From the NCBI GenBank assembly GCA_965279035.1, contig OZ257142.1, forward strand, positions 832,001 through 896,000: a stretch of 64,000 nt of DNA, written 5' to 3'. The notes under the pieces are model-generated. The model ran no database searches. It had not been told where the DNA came from and was given only the letters and a program-made list of their open reading frames with translations. The translations under genes and the position numbers were made by a program. The stretch is from Bacteroidia bacterium. Lineage in GTDB: Bacteria > Bacteroidota > Bacteroidia > M30B66. Numbering within the stretch: position 1 is the first letter of the stretch; each line of letters begins with the position of its first letter. Below, piece after piece: positions 18,589 through 27,908 of the stretch.

Positions 18589-19448
18589 AATTTCCAATTG
18601 TAGGGTAATATAAATTTATTGTCAGTAATAATCAACTCATTCAACATTTCTTCTGGAATTTGAATCTGTTGGGCATGCTTAAATGAAGTACAGTTTTTCT
18701 TGAGTTGACTGATTGAATCAACACCAATCACGATTCGATCGATGTTTTTATTCTGATACAAAAATGACAGACAAAGTTCTTCCGCAGAAATTTTTAGCTC
18801 TTCACAAATACTTGAAATTCGATCTAACTGTTTACCTACAGGGTGAAAGAATTCAGGTCTATTTTCCATCAATAAAAGTCCTTGAAGAAATGCCGAACGA
18901 ATATGAATTTCTGTTCCTAGTTCTTTTAATTTAGGAAGCCAATCTACAAATCGTCTATCCGCAATATTCATTGGAAACTGAACGAGATCGGGACAAAATC
19001 CAAGTGATAAAAAATGCTCGAGTTCTTCAGGATGATAAATCGATATTCCTATTTTTTTTACGAGTCCTTCTTCTTTTAATTCTTCAAACTCTTTCCACAG
19101 CGAAGGATTTCTTTTTAGATCGGAATAATCATGCAGGATATATCCATAAACAGTTGGAATGGATAAATCAATCAATGATTTTTCTAAGGCTGATTTTACT
19201 TGTCCCGGCTTTGTTTCGGCAGGTAATTTTGTTACAACATCGAAATTCCCAATGGCACTTCTCCCCAGGATTTCTTCGCTGTTTCCATAAGCTGGAGCAG
19301 TATCTAAAAGATTGATTCCTTGTGAAAATGCTTCATCTAGAATCAATTTAACATCGCTTTCAGTAAGGATTCCAGCTTGATTGTTTATCCCATATTTCAG
19401 TCCGAACTGAACAGTACCTAATGCCAATTTAGGGTTTGAGAATCCCAT
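18585..19448 (-). CDS. Aldo/keto reductase
   Basis: LGTVQFG, DTAPAYGNSE, TK, LH, KIGISIY and RSAFLQGLL. Confidence 0.9.
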   Translation of the reverse strand: MGFSNPKLALGTVQFGLKYGINNQAGILTESDVKLILDEAFSQGINLLDTAPAYGNSEEILGRSAIGNFDVVTKLPAETKPGQVKSALEKSLIDLSIPTVYGYILHDYSDLKRNPSLWKEFEELKEEGLVKKIGISIYHPEELEHFLSLGFCPDLVQFPMNIADRRFVDWLPKLKELGTEIHIRSAFLQGLLLMENRPEFFHPVGKQLDRISSICEELKISAEELCLSFLYQNKNIDRIVIGVDSISQLKKNCTSFKHAQQIQIPEEMLNELIITDNKFILPYNWKL

Positions 19449-20598
19449 TGGAAACTTGGTTTATGACATATTCGAGTTCTTCATCACTCAATGTAGGAAA
19501 CATAGGAAGACTCAAACACTGATTGTAATAATCTTCTGCTATCGGGAAATCGCCCACATTCCAACCTAAATCACGGTAATACGGTTGAAGATGAACAGGA
19601 ATATAATGCACTTGAGTAAAGATGTTTTTCTCGCGCAAGAAATCGTACAATTCTTTCCGTTTCGGTGTTCGAATCACATACAAATGAAAAGCATGTCCTT
19701 CGGGATATTCGGGAACTAATACGTTGGGAGCTAATTCAGAAAATGCTTCATGATAACGAGATGCAATTTTTCTACGACGTTCCAAACCTTCATCTGCTCG
19801 TTTCAATTGAGACGTACCTAAAGCTGCTTGAAAATCGGTTATACGATAATTATAACCCAATTCCTGCATTTCGTAATACCAGCCACCTTGAGCTACTTCG
19901 TCAGGAGAATTTCTAAATTGTGTTGAATCCTTGGTGATGCCATGGGTGCGCAACAGGAGCAATTTTTTATAAAGAGCTTCGCTGTTTGTTGTGATCATTC
20001 CGCCTTCACCAGTAGCAATATGTTTTACTGGATGAAATGAAAAAATCGAGAGATCAGCATTACGGCCATCACCACATTTAACTTGGTTTGAATGAGAATC
20101 TTTAAAGAAACCACCCGGAGCATGACACGCATCTTCTATGATTTTAAGATCATAGGTATCTGCTAATTTTCGAAATTCCTCAGTGTTGGCAGGATATCCA
20201 GCAAAATCTACGATGATAATTCCAGTAAAAAAACCTTGGGGTTTCGATTTAATTAATGCTTCTGTTTTATCAATATCAAGAATGAAAGTATTTGGGTTGA
20301 TATCGGCAAACCAAACGTTTCCGCCACAATAACGAATACAATTGGCAGAAGCTGCAAATGTTATTGGGCTCGTGATATAATTACTGGATGAATTAACATC
20401 GAGTGCTAAGGCAGATAAATGAAGTGCAGCCGTTCCATTGGAAACCGCTACCGCATATCGAACTCCAATGTACTTGGCAAAGGCTTGTTCGAATTCAAGA
20501 ATGGATGGACCTTGAGTTAAATATTCTCCTTGAAGAACCTTTGCAACAGCTTCTAAATCTTCAGCAGTAATGGATTGTTTACCGTAAGGAATTTGCAT
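19429..20598 (-). CDS. pseC: UDP-4-amino-4,6-dideoxy-N-acetyl-beta-L-altrosamine transaminase PseC
   Basis: IPYGKQSI...LTQGP, EDACHA, the PLP lysine in FSFHPVKHIATGEGG, and WYYEMQELGYNYR. Follows pseB. Confidence 0.9.
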   Translation of the reverse strand: MQIPYGKQSITAEDLEAVAKVLQGEYLTQGPSILEFEQAFAKYIGVRYAVAVSNGTAALHLSALALDVNSSSNYITSPITFAASANCIRYCGGNVWFADINPNTFILDIDKTEALIKSKPQGFFTGIIIVDFAGYPANTEEFRKLADTYDLKIIEDACHAPGGFFKDSHSNQVKCGDGRNADLSIFSFHPVKHIATGEGGMITTNSEALYKKLLLLRTHGITKDSTQFRNSPDEVAQGGWYYEMQELGYNYRITDFQAALGTSQLKRADEGLERRRKIASRYHEAFSELAPNVLVPEYPEGHAFHLYVIRTPKRKELYDFLREKNIFTQVHYIPVHLQPYYRDLGWNVGDFPIAEDYYNQCLSLPMFPTLSDEELEYVINQVSNGILKP

Positions 20599-20610
20599 GC
20601 AATTCTGAAT

Positions 20611-21615
20611 TTAGAAATTGGGATCAATTTGTTCTTTGATTAATCCTCTGATATCCTCAACGCTTAGCCAATCGGGGTTTGTACCTGAATTATAGCAAAA
20701 GCCCGGTTCTACCATTTTACCTCCTTTTTCGGTGTAATACGATTGCAGTTTATTATTTCCTTGGGGAAGGATGGCGTAATATGGACCTAAATCAACTGTA
20801 TTAAACGAATCAGAACTAGTGATCATTTCTTCGTGCAGTTTTTCTCCAGGACGAATGCCACTAATTTTCAATGTAGCATCGGGTGCTACTGCTTTAGCAA
20901 CATCTAAAATTCGGTACGAAGGAATCTTCGGAACAAAAATTTCACCTCCAACTGCATGCTCTGCAGCGTAAAGAACCATTTCGACACCTTCTTCTAATGA
21001 AATATTAAAACGTGTCATTCCTTCGTCGGTGATTGGTAAAACACCTTCATTTTTCTTCTTCATAAAGAAAGGAATAACCGAACCACGCGATCCCATTACG
21101 TTTCCATAACGAACAACCGAGAAACGTACATTGTGATTTCCTTTCACATTGTTAGCTGCAACAAATAATTTATCGGAACACAATTTTGTTGCTCCATAGA
21201 GATTAATTGGTGCTGCAGCTTTATCAGTTGATAATGCGACAACTGTTTGAACTTCTGTATCAAGCACCGCATCAATGATATTTTGAGCACCTAACACATT
21301 GGTTTTGATGAATTCAAATGGATTGTATTCGGCAGCGGGAACCTGTTTCAATGCAGCAGCATGAATCACAACATCAATCCCTTCGAAAGCACGTTTCAAG
21401 CGTTGAACATCACGTATATCGCCTAAGAAATAACGGATACATGGGTAATCGTGTTCGCTGTATTGTTGACTCATTTCAAATTGCTTCAACTCATCACGAG
21501 AGAAAATAACCAAACGTTTTACATCGGGATAGCGCTTTAAAATGATTTCAACTAATTTTTTACCAAGAGAACCAGTTCCGCCAGTAATTAGAATTCGTTT
21601 ATTGTTCAAAGGCAT
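20611..21615 (-). CDS. pseB: UDP-GlcNAc 4,6-dehydratase (inverting) PseB
   Basis: GGTGSLG, SRDELKQ, HAAALKQVPAAEYNP, LSTDKA..PINLYGATK and RYGNVMGSRGSV. Confidence 0.93.
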   Translation of the reverse strand: MPLNNKRILITGGTGSLGKKLVEIILKRYPDVKRLVIFSRDELKQFEMSQQYSEHDYPCIRYFLGDIRDVQRLKRAFEGIDVVIHAAALKQVPAAEYNPFEFIKTNVLGAQNIIDAVLDTEVQTVVALSTDKAAAPINLYGATKLCSDKLFVAANNVKGNHNVRFSVVRYGNVMGSRGSVIPFFMKKKNEGVLPITDEGMTRFNISLEEGVEMVLYAAEHAVGGEIFVPKIPSYRILDVAKAVAPDATLKISGIRPGEKLHEEMITSSDSFNTVDLGPYYAILPQGNNKLQSYYTEKGGKMVEPGFCYNSGTNPDWLSVEDIRGLIKEQIDPNF

Positions 21616-21634
21616 ACATTGAAAATTGAAGATT

Positions 21635-22915
21635 TTAAAAATGGTATTCTATATCTGCGGAAAGACTGAAGTAACCGCTCGTCATCAGGTTTTCATTCCC
21701 CGGCAACAAATTTATGACAATAGGAGGTAAGAGATTATCCACCACATCATAAGCTGTTTCGGCACTTTCGAAACCGAGCCAGTAATAAGTTTCGTAAACT
21801 CCAGGATGTAAATTGAGATCAGGAACTACAATATCGAAACTGAATGGAACTCCTACTTGTTGGTTTTGAATTGGGATATTAAAATTTTGGGTGTAGGTGA
21901 TAATTTCTCTCGTTCTGCCCGATCTAAAAGCGACAGATGCTAAAATCATGTCCACTTTTTCATTCATAATTACTTCCATCCGAAACACAGCACGATCGCG
22001 CGGAAAAAATTCCACACCACTTGTTCCTTCTTGGTTTAGTACGTCGATTTTAGTAAACCTCACTTGTCCGTTTCCTCTACGTAATTGAGGGTCATCTAAG
22101 CCTTGTCCTTCAGAAATAGAACTCATCATATTATTTCTGATGTATGCTCTAATTACCGATTCTGTTGGACCATCTTGAATTATTCTTCCTTGATTGAGGT
22201 AGATCGCGCGGGTACATAAATCACTGACAGCACCCATATTATGACTTACGAAAATGACTGTTCGACCTTGAGCCGACACATCTTTCATTTTCCCAAGACA
22301 TTTATTTTGAAATTCTGCATCACCAACAGCAAGCACTTCGTCAATAATCAAAATATCGGGATCAAGGTGAGCTGCAACAGCAAATGCAAGTCGAACGTAC
22401 ATTCCCGATGAGTAGCGTTTTACAGGAGTATCAACATAACGTTGAACACCCGCAAATTCTACAATAGCATCAAACTTTGCACGGATTTCTGAATTTCGCA
22501 TTCCTAAGATAGCTCCATTCAAAAAGATGTTTTCTCTTCCGGTTAGATCGGGATGGAAACCTGTTCCAACTTCCAATAAACTGGCAACTTTCCCTTTGAG
22601 TTTTATTTGTCCTTGACTGGGAGTTGTTGTTCTCGAAAGTATCTTGAGTAAGGTTGATTTTCCAGCACCATTTCTACCAATCAATCCAACTATCTCCCCT
22701 TGATTTATCTCAAAGTTGATATCACGTAAAGCCCAAACATAATCCGAATTTCCACCAGCTGTGCGGTCATTTTCACCCGCTAATTTTAAGTAAGGATTTT
22801 CTTTTCCTTGGAGCTTATACCATGCAGTTCTAAGGTCTTCAGTGAGAGTTGATGATCCAACATCTCCCAAACGGAAAACTTTCGAAACTTGATCAGCATG
22901 GACAACGATTGACAT
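21635..22915 (-). CDS. wzt: Polysaccharide ABC exporter ATPase with C-terminal Wzt_C carbohydrate-binding domain
   Basis: Walker A GRNGAGKST, YSSGMYVRLAF and DEVLAVGD, plus a ~160-aa C-terminal beta-rich extension. Confidence 0.92.
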   Translation of the reverse strand: MSIVVHADQVSKVFRLGDVGSSTLTEDLRTAWYKLQGKENPYLKLAGENDRTAGGNSDYVWALRDINFEINQGEIVGLIGRNGAGKSTLLKILSRTTTPSQGQIKLKGKVASLLEVGTGFHPDLTGRENIFLNGAILGMRNSEIRAKFDAIVEFAGVQRYVDTPVKRYSSGMYVRLAFAVAAHLDPDILIIDEVLAVGDAEFQNKCLGKMKDVSAQGRTVIFVSHNMGAVSDLCTRAIYLNQGRIIQDGPTESVIRAYIRNNMMSSISEGQGLDDPQLRRGNGQVRFTKIDVLNQEGTSGVEFFPRDRAVFRMEVIMNEKVDMILASVAFRSGRTREIITYTQNFNIPIQNQQVGVPFSFDIVVPDLNLHPGVYETYYWLGFESAETAYDVVDNLLPPIVINLLPGNENLMTSGYFSLSADIEYHF

Positions 22916-22935
22916 AATTCAGAAAGACTTAGAAA

Positions 22936-23793
22936 TTAAACAGTATCCATGAAATTCCTTTCGGTTCGGTTGAATAATATGAGTCCGATGATCATACTAA
23001 CAACAGCAAAAACCAAGGTGTAACCTAACATGAGCCAATTGATTGAATCGCATCCTAAAAAAATATATCGGATAGATTCAATAACCGGAGTGATTGGATT
23101 GACAGTCAAAATCCAATGCAATTTCGGTGGGAATATGGAAGCTGGGTAAATTACTGGAGTTGCATACATCAGCAATTGTACAGCGAAAGGCACCATATTA
23201 CTAAGATCGCGGTATTTTGTAGTTAAGGACGAAATGATGATTCCGAAAGCCAGTCCAATAAACATCATGAGCAAAAGCAAAAACGGAAGAAGCCAGATGT
23301 ATGCATATTGAGTATGTACATTTCCATCTTTTATTTGGAAAAATACAATGGCAGCGATGAGAACGAGCAATTGAATTCCAAACTTAATCATGGCTGAAAC
23401 CACCGATGATAATGGAACAATTAATCGTGGGAAATACACTTTACCAAAGATGCTTGCATTGGCTCTAAATGTTGTTGCTGTTCTGCTAATGCAATCGGCA
23501 AAATAGCCCCATGCAGTTAAGCCTGCTAAATAAAATAAAACGCGATTCGTTCCATCTGTTGATACATTGGCTATCAATCCAAATAAAACAAAATAGATAA
23601 CCGTATTGAGGATAGGAGGGAGGATGAACCAAAAAACTCCCAGCAAAGTTTGTTTGTATACAGTTATTATATCACGACGAACAAGAAGGAATAATAAATC
23701 ACGATATGCCCAAAGTTCCTTAAGCTTTAGATCAAATAGTCCACCGTATGGACGAATGATCAAATCCCAGTCTTTGTCAGAATTGCTGCTCAT
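22936..23793 (-). CDS. wzm: Polysaccharide ABC exporter permease
   Basis: YRDLL..LVRRD...YKQT.LG..W, KVYFPR, YRD and TPVIYP. Hydrophobic. Confidence 0.92.
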   Translation of the reverse strand: MSSNSDKDWDLIIRPYGGLFDLKLKELWAYRDLLFLLVRRDIITVYKQTLLGVFWFILPPILNTVIYFVLFGLIANVSTDGTNRVLFYLAGLTAWGYFADCISRTATTFRANASIFGKVYFPRLIVPLSSVVSAMIKFGIQLLVLIAAIVFFQIKDGNVHTQYAYIWLLPFLLLLMMFIGLAFGIIISSLTTKYRDLSNMVPFAVQLLMYATPVIYPASIFPPKLHWILTVNPITPVIESIRYIFLGCDSINWLMLGYTLVFAVVSMIIGLILFNRTERNFMDTV

Positions 23794-23809
23794 TTTTTAC
23801 TTTGAGCCG

Positions 23810-23817
23810 CAAATCTA
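23810..23817 (-). promoter_or_regulatory. Sigma-A -7 element TAGATTTG upstream of wzm
   Basis: TAnnTTTG 16 nt upstream of the ATG. No clear -33 element. Confidence 0.55.
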
Positions 23818-23862
23818 ATGGTTTTTCCTTAAGAAATGGTTGAAGAGAATTGCTTAATGAGT

Positions 23863-24795
23863 CTAGGTAAGAAGCAAGTTTTGAACTTCAAGATAGGTTT
23901 CTCGGATACCTGTTTCTAGGTTTGTTTTAGGTGCCCAACCCAACGAACGAAGTCGGCTACTGTCCATTAATTTCCGTGGTGTTCCATCGGGTTTTGAGCT
24001 ATCGAACCGAATTTCACCTTCATAACCAACAATGTCTTTGATGAGGAATGCTAAATCTTTAATGCTGATATCTTCGCCATAGCCTATATTAACAAAGAGT
24101 TCTTCAGAATAATTTTGCAGTAGAAATACACAAGCATCTGCTAAATCATCTACGTACATAAATTCCCGAAGCGGAGATCCGGTTCCCCAGAGTTCAACGA
24201 AACTGGCATTATTTACCTTGGCAGTATTCATTTTTCTTAATAATGCAGGCAATACGTGCGAGTTTTGTAAATCATAATTGTCGTTTTTTCCATACAAATT
24301 CGTTGGCATTGCTGATATAAAATCGCATCCATATTGCCGACGATAGCTTTCGCACATTTTTATTCCAGCAATTTTAGCAATCGCATAAGGTTCGTTCGTT
24401 TGCTCTAAAAAACCGGATAGTAAACTCTCTTCTTTTAAAGGTTGTTCAGCTAATTTTGGGTAAATGCACGACGAACCTAGGAATAAAAGTTTTTTCACTC
24501 CCGATTTCCAAGAGGTATGAATAACGTTGCTTTCAATAGCGAGATTATCGTAAAGAAATTCAGCGCGATAGGTATTATTGGCCATGATGCCGCCCACTTT
24601 GGCTGCAGCGAGAACAACGATTTCAGGTTTTTCTCGATCAAAGAACGACTCCACTTCCACTTGTCTTCTCAAATCCAATTCTTTGGAAGTTGCTCCAATT
24701 AAATTTGAATAACCTTGGTTAGAAAGTGTTCTCCAAATGGCAGAACCTACCATTCCACGATGTCCTGCGATGAATATTTTACTTGATTTCTCCAC
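23863..24795 (-). CDS. fcl: GDP-L-fucose synthase
   Basis: AGHRGMVGSA, AAAKVGGI, LGSSCIYPK, YAIAK and PTNLYG...SHVLPAL. GTG start. Confidence 0.95.
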   Translation of the reverse strand: MEKSSKIFIAGHRGMVGSAIWRTLSNQGYSNLIGATSKELDLRRQVEVESFFDREKPEIVVLAAAKVGGIMANNTYRAEFLYDNLAIESNVIHTSWKSGVKKLLFLGSSCIYPKLAEQPLKEESLLSGFLEQTNEPYAIAKIAGIKMCESYRRQYGCDFISAMPTNLYGKNDNYDLQNSHVLPALLRKMNTAKVNNASFVELWGTGSPLREFMYVDDLADACVFLLQNYSEELFVNIGYGEDISIKDLAFLIKDIVGYEGEIRFDSSKPDGTPRKLMDSSRLRSLGWAPKTNLETGIRETYLEVQNLLLT

Positions 24796-25050
24796 GTTTT
24801 TCTTCCGTTGTTCTGTTCATTGATTCATCCAGTTTATCTTAAAGACAAATTGAAATGATGATTATGACAGATATATTTTGAAAAAATTGATGTAAATCCT
24901 GAAATTATAAAAGCTGAATAATTCAAATGGAGTTATTCCATCACAAAATCAATCCAGCTTATTTTTCTAGGTTTGAACCAGAAGCAATATTAAGAATTTT
25001 GGCTCAGCTAGATTTTTCTCAATCGGTATATTGCCCAAAAGATTTTCAAG

Positions 25051-25635
25051 ATGGAATTAATTTTCGCAACAGGAAACAGTCATAAAATTGACGAGGTGAA
25101 AGCGATTTTACCAAGCGATTTCCAAGTGATTGGATTAAAGCAATTGGGCTATCAACATGAATTACCTGAAACTACCGGAACAATTTCGGGAAATGCATTG
25201 CAAAAAGCTAGAACACTCTTCGAACATACTGGATTTGCCTGTTTTGCTGATGATTCGGGATTGGAAGTTTTTGCATTGAATGGAAAACCGGGTGTAGATT
25301 CGGCACATTATGCTGGTCCTGATAGGGATTCCAATGCGAATATGGATTTGTTGTTAAAAGAACTTTCCAATAGAGAAGATCGATCTGCTCGATTTATAAC
25401 AGTCATCGCCTACATCGATAAATTTGGTGAATACGTATTTGAAGGAATTGTTGAGGGGGAAATATCAAGGACCAAAATGGGAGATAGTGGATTTGGCTAC
25501 GATCCTATTTTTATTCCCCAAGGATATTCTCAAAGCTTTGCGGAATTATCGTCCGAAACTAAAAATCAAATTAGTCACCGAGCAAAAGCCGTTGTTTTAT
25601 TTAAAGAATGGTTAATTCAGAATCGTTTGAAATAG
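25051..25635 (+). CDS. rdgB: Non-canonical purine NTP pyrophosphatase (RdgB/HAM1)
   Basis: ATGNSHK, ADDSGL, GFGYDPIF and KNQISHR. Confidence 0.95.
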   Translation: MELIFATGNSHKIDEVKAILPSDFQVIGLKQLGYQHELPETTGTISGNALQKARTLFEHTGFACFADDSGLEVFALNGKPGVDSAHYAGPDRDSNANMDLLLKELSNREDRSARFITVIAYIDKFGEYVFEGIVEGEISRTKMGDSGFGYDPIFIPQGYSQSFAELSSETKNQISHRAKAVVLFKEWLIQNRLK

Positions 25636-25637
25636 GT

Positions 25638-25645
25638 TATTTTTG
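25638..25645 (+). promoter_or_regulatory. Sigma-A -7 element TATTTTTG upstream of dedA
   Basis: TAnnTTTG 8 nt before the ATG at 25654. Confidence 0.5.
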
Positions 25646-25653
25646 CCGCCCAT

Positions 25654-26316
25654 ATGGAATTCTTAGCCTCACTTCTCGATTTTATTCTGCATATAAATGC
25701 TCATCTGGATCAACTTGTACTTGATTATGGGAATTCAATTTATGCCATTCTTTTCTTAATCATCTTTGTTGAAACCGGATTGGTAGTGATGCCATTTCTA
25801 CCGGGTGATTCACTTTTATTCGCTGCAGGAGCGCTATGTGCAAGACCGAATTCTGAATTAAGTTTATTCATACTTATCGCTTTGTTATTTCTTGCAGCTG
25901 TATTAGGTGATAATCTAAATTATACCATTGGTCGCTTTGCAGGTTCTAAAGTTGTAAACTGGAAATTCAGAGGGAAGAATTTGGTGAAACAAACCTATAT
26001 CGATCAAACACATAGTTTCTTTGAAAAATATGGAACCAAAGCCATTATTATGGCTCGATTTGTACCCATTGTTAGAACGTTTACTCCTTTTGTAGCTGGA
26101 GTTGGACAAATGGATTATCGTAAAAAATTCCTCCCATTTGATCTAGCAGGAGGGTTTCTTTGGATTTGTTCAATGACACTTGCCGGCTTCTTTTTAGGAA
26201 ACTTGGATTTCTTTCAAAAACACTTTGAAGCTGTTGTAATTGGAATCGTATTACTTTCCATTACTCCAATGATCTTTACGTTTTTAAAACATCGGTTTTC
26301 AACAAAAAGCGCCTAA
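25654..26316 (+). CDS. dedA: DedA-family membrane protein
   Basis: FVETGLVVMPFLPGDSLLFAAG, GDNLNY and ARFVPIVRTF. Confidence 0.95.
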   Translation: MEFLASLLDFILHINAHLDQLVLDYGNSIYAILFLIIFVETGLVVMPFLPGDSLLFAAGALCARPNSELSLFILIALLFLAAVLGDNLNYTIGRFAGSKVVNWKFRGKNLVKQTYIDQTHSFFEKYGTKAIIMARFVPIVRTFTPFVAGVGQMDYRKKFLPFDLAGGFLWICSMTLAGFFLGNLDFFQKHFEAVVIGIVLLSITPMIFTFLKHRFSTKSA

Positions 26317-26335
26317 GACAAAATCCTATTTAGAA

Positions 26336-27658
26336 TCAAATAGCTTTTTGTGTTGCTTCAATTTTAGCTTTTATCCATTCACTTGTAATTGAACCTGGAC
26401 GTTCAATGGGTAATCCCATTGCTCTGCTAATGGTTAATTGAGCAAGAACTCCAAGGGCGCGGGAAACACCAAACAAAGCGGTAAAAAAGTCGTATTCTTT
26501 AATCCCATAATGTATCAACAATGCTCCCGAATGAGCATCTACATTGGGCCAAGGATTTTGAATCTTTTTTATGTTATTTAATATTTCAGGAACAACTTCA
26601 TACACAAGCCAAACGATATTTACGATATCATCATCGGGCATGTATTTTTTAGCAAATTCCATTTGAGCTGTAAAGCGAGGGTCTGTTTTACGTAATACAG
26701 CATGTCCATATCCTGGAACAACCTTGCCTTCGGCTAATGTTTTATTGACGTATTGAATAATCTGTTCTTTTGTTGGAAGTCCACCACCCAATTCTTTTTG
26801 TAATTCAAGAATCCAGCGAATAACTTCTTGATTTGCTAAACCGTGAAGTGGTCCAGCTAAGCCATTCAATCCTGCTGAAAATGAATAATAAGCATCACTC
26901 AATGCCGAACCAACTAAATGCGTTGCGTGTGCCGATACATTTCCTCCTTCATGATCTGCATGAATGGTTAAGTACAAGCGCATTAATTCTGCTACTTCAT
27001 GGCTGTCATAACCCATCATGTGAGCAAAATTAGCTGACCAATCAGCTCCTTTTAATGGTTCAATTTGAACATTATTATGATATGTTCTTCTATATATGTA
27101 GGAAGCAACTCTTGGCAAACGAGCAATCAAATTCATGGAATCTTCAAACATCGGATCCCAATACTCCTTTTTATTTATCCCTTTTTCATATTCGTGCGCA
27201 AAAACCGATTCTGTACGCATTGCCAAAACAGCCGCACTTAGCTGAGTCATTGGATGCGTATAGGTAGGAAATGCATCCAGCATTTTAAATACGTGATCAG
27301 GAACAGTACTTCTTGATTCCCATTCTTTACTTAAATCGGATACTTGTTGCTCAGTAGGAAGTTCCCCTGTTATCATCAAGTAAAAAATTCCTTCGGGTAA
27401 TGGTTCTATTCCACCAGGTGCTTTTGGTAATAGATTTCTTAATTCAGGAATGCTATATCCTCTAAATCGAATGCCTTCTTCAGGATCTAATTTGGAGGTT
27501 TCGGTAATCATCCCAACCATCCCTTTCATTCCCGAGTAGACCTGCGCTAGAGTTATTTCGCCAATTTTTAATGTTCCATGATCGCTAATCATTGACTTTA
27601 AACTAGCAGCATGTGGGAGTACTTTTTCTGAAATTCGGGACTTTAAATTGGATGACAT
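26336..27658 (-). CDS. gltA: Citrate (Si)-synthase, eukaryotic/mitochondrial type
   Basis: GIRFRG, HADHEGGNVSAH, AGPLHGLANQEV, VPGYGHAVLRKTDPR and NPWPNVDAHSG. Likely start MSSNLK. Confidence 0.93.
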   Translation of the reverse strand: MSSNLKSRISEKVLPHAASLKSMISDHGTLKIGEITLAQVYSGMKGMVGMITETSKLDPEEGIRFRGYSIPELRNLLPKAPGGIEPLPEGIFYLMITGELPTEQQVSDLSKEWESRSTVPDHVFKMLDAFPTYTHPMTQLSAAVLAMRTESVFAHEYEKGINKKEYWDPMFEDSMNLIARLPRVASYIYRRTYHNNVQIEPLKGADWSANFAHMMGYDSHEVAELMRLYLTIHADHEGGNVSAHATHLVGSALSDAYYSFSAGLNGLAGPLHGLANQEVIRWILELQKELGGGLPTKEQIIQYVNKTLAEGKVVPGYGHAVLRKTDPRFTAQMEFAKKYMPDDDIVNIVWLVYEVVPEILNNIKKIQNPWPNVDAHSGALLIHYGIKEYDFFTALFGVSRALGVLAQLTISRAMGLPIERPGSITSEWIKAKIEATQKAI

Positions 27659-27908
27659 ACGTTGATTGAAATGATACGAATTGAATATCGCCACAAGTAT
27701 ACAGAATTCGTTTCGCGATTTAAAATAAATGTATTTAAACGCCCTGTTGAATAAAAGGTTTACAATGTGTTCTTAATTCATCATCAGGCACATTTAGCTT
27801 TAAGCTGATTTACGTTTCACTTCTTTATTTATGAATTTTAAAATCATAAATATGAATGAACCAAGAGATTAAAATTGAAGAATAGCTCTATCATACTTAG
27901 AGCTTATT

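Noticed and set aside
4373-24702. Short plus-strand and alternative-frame ORFs in the glycan locus (e.g. 10011-10304, 18971-19315, 10957-11172)
   Set aside because: They fully overlap well-supported CDSs and show no family signatures.
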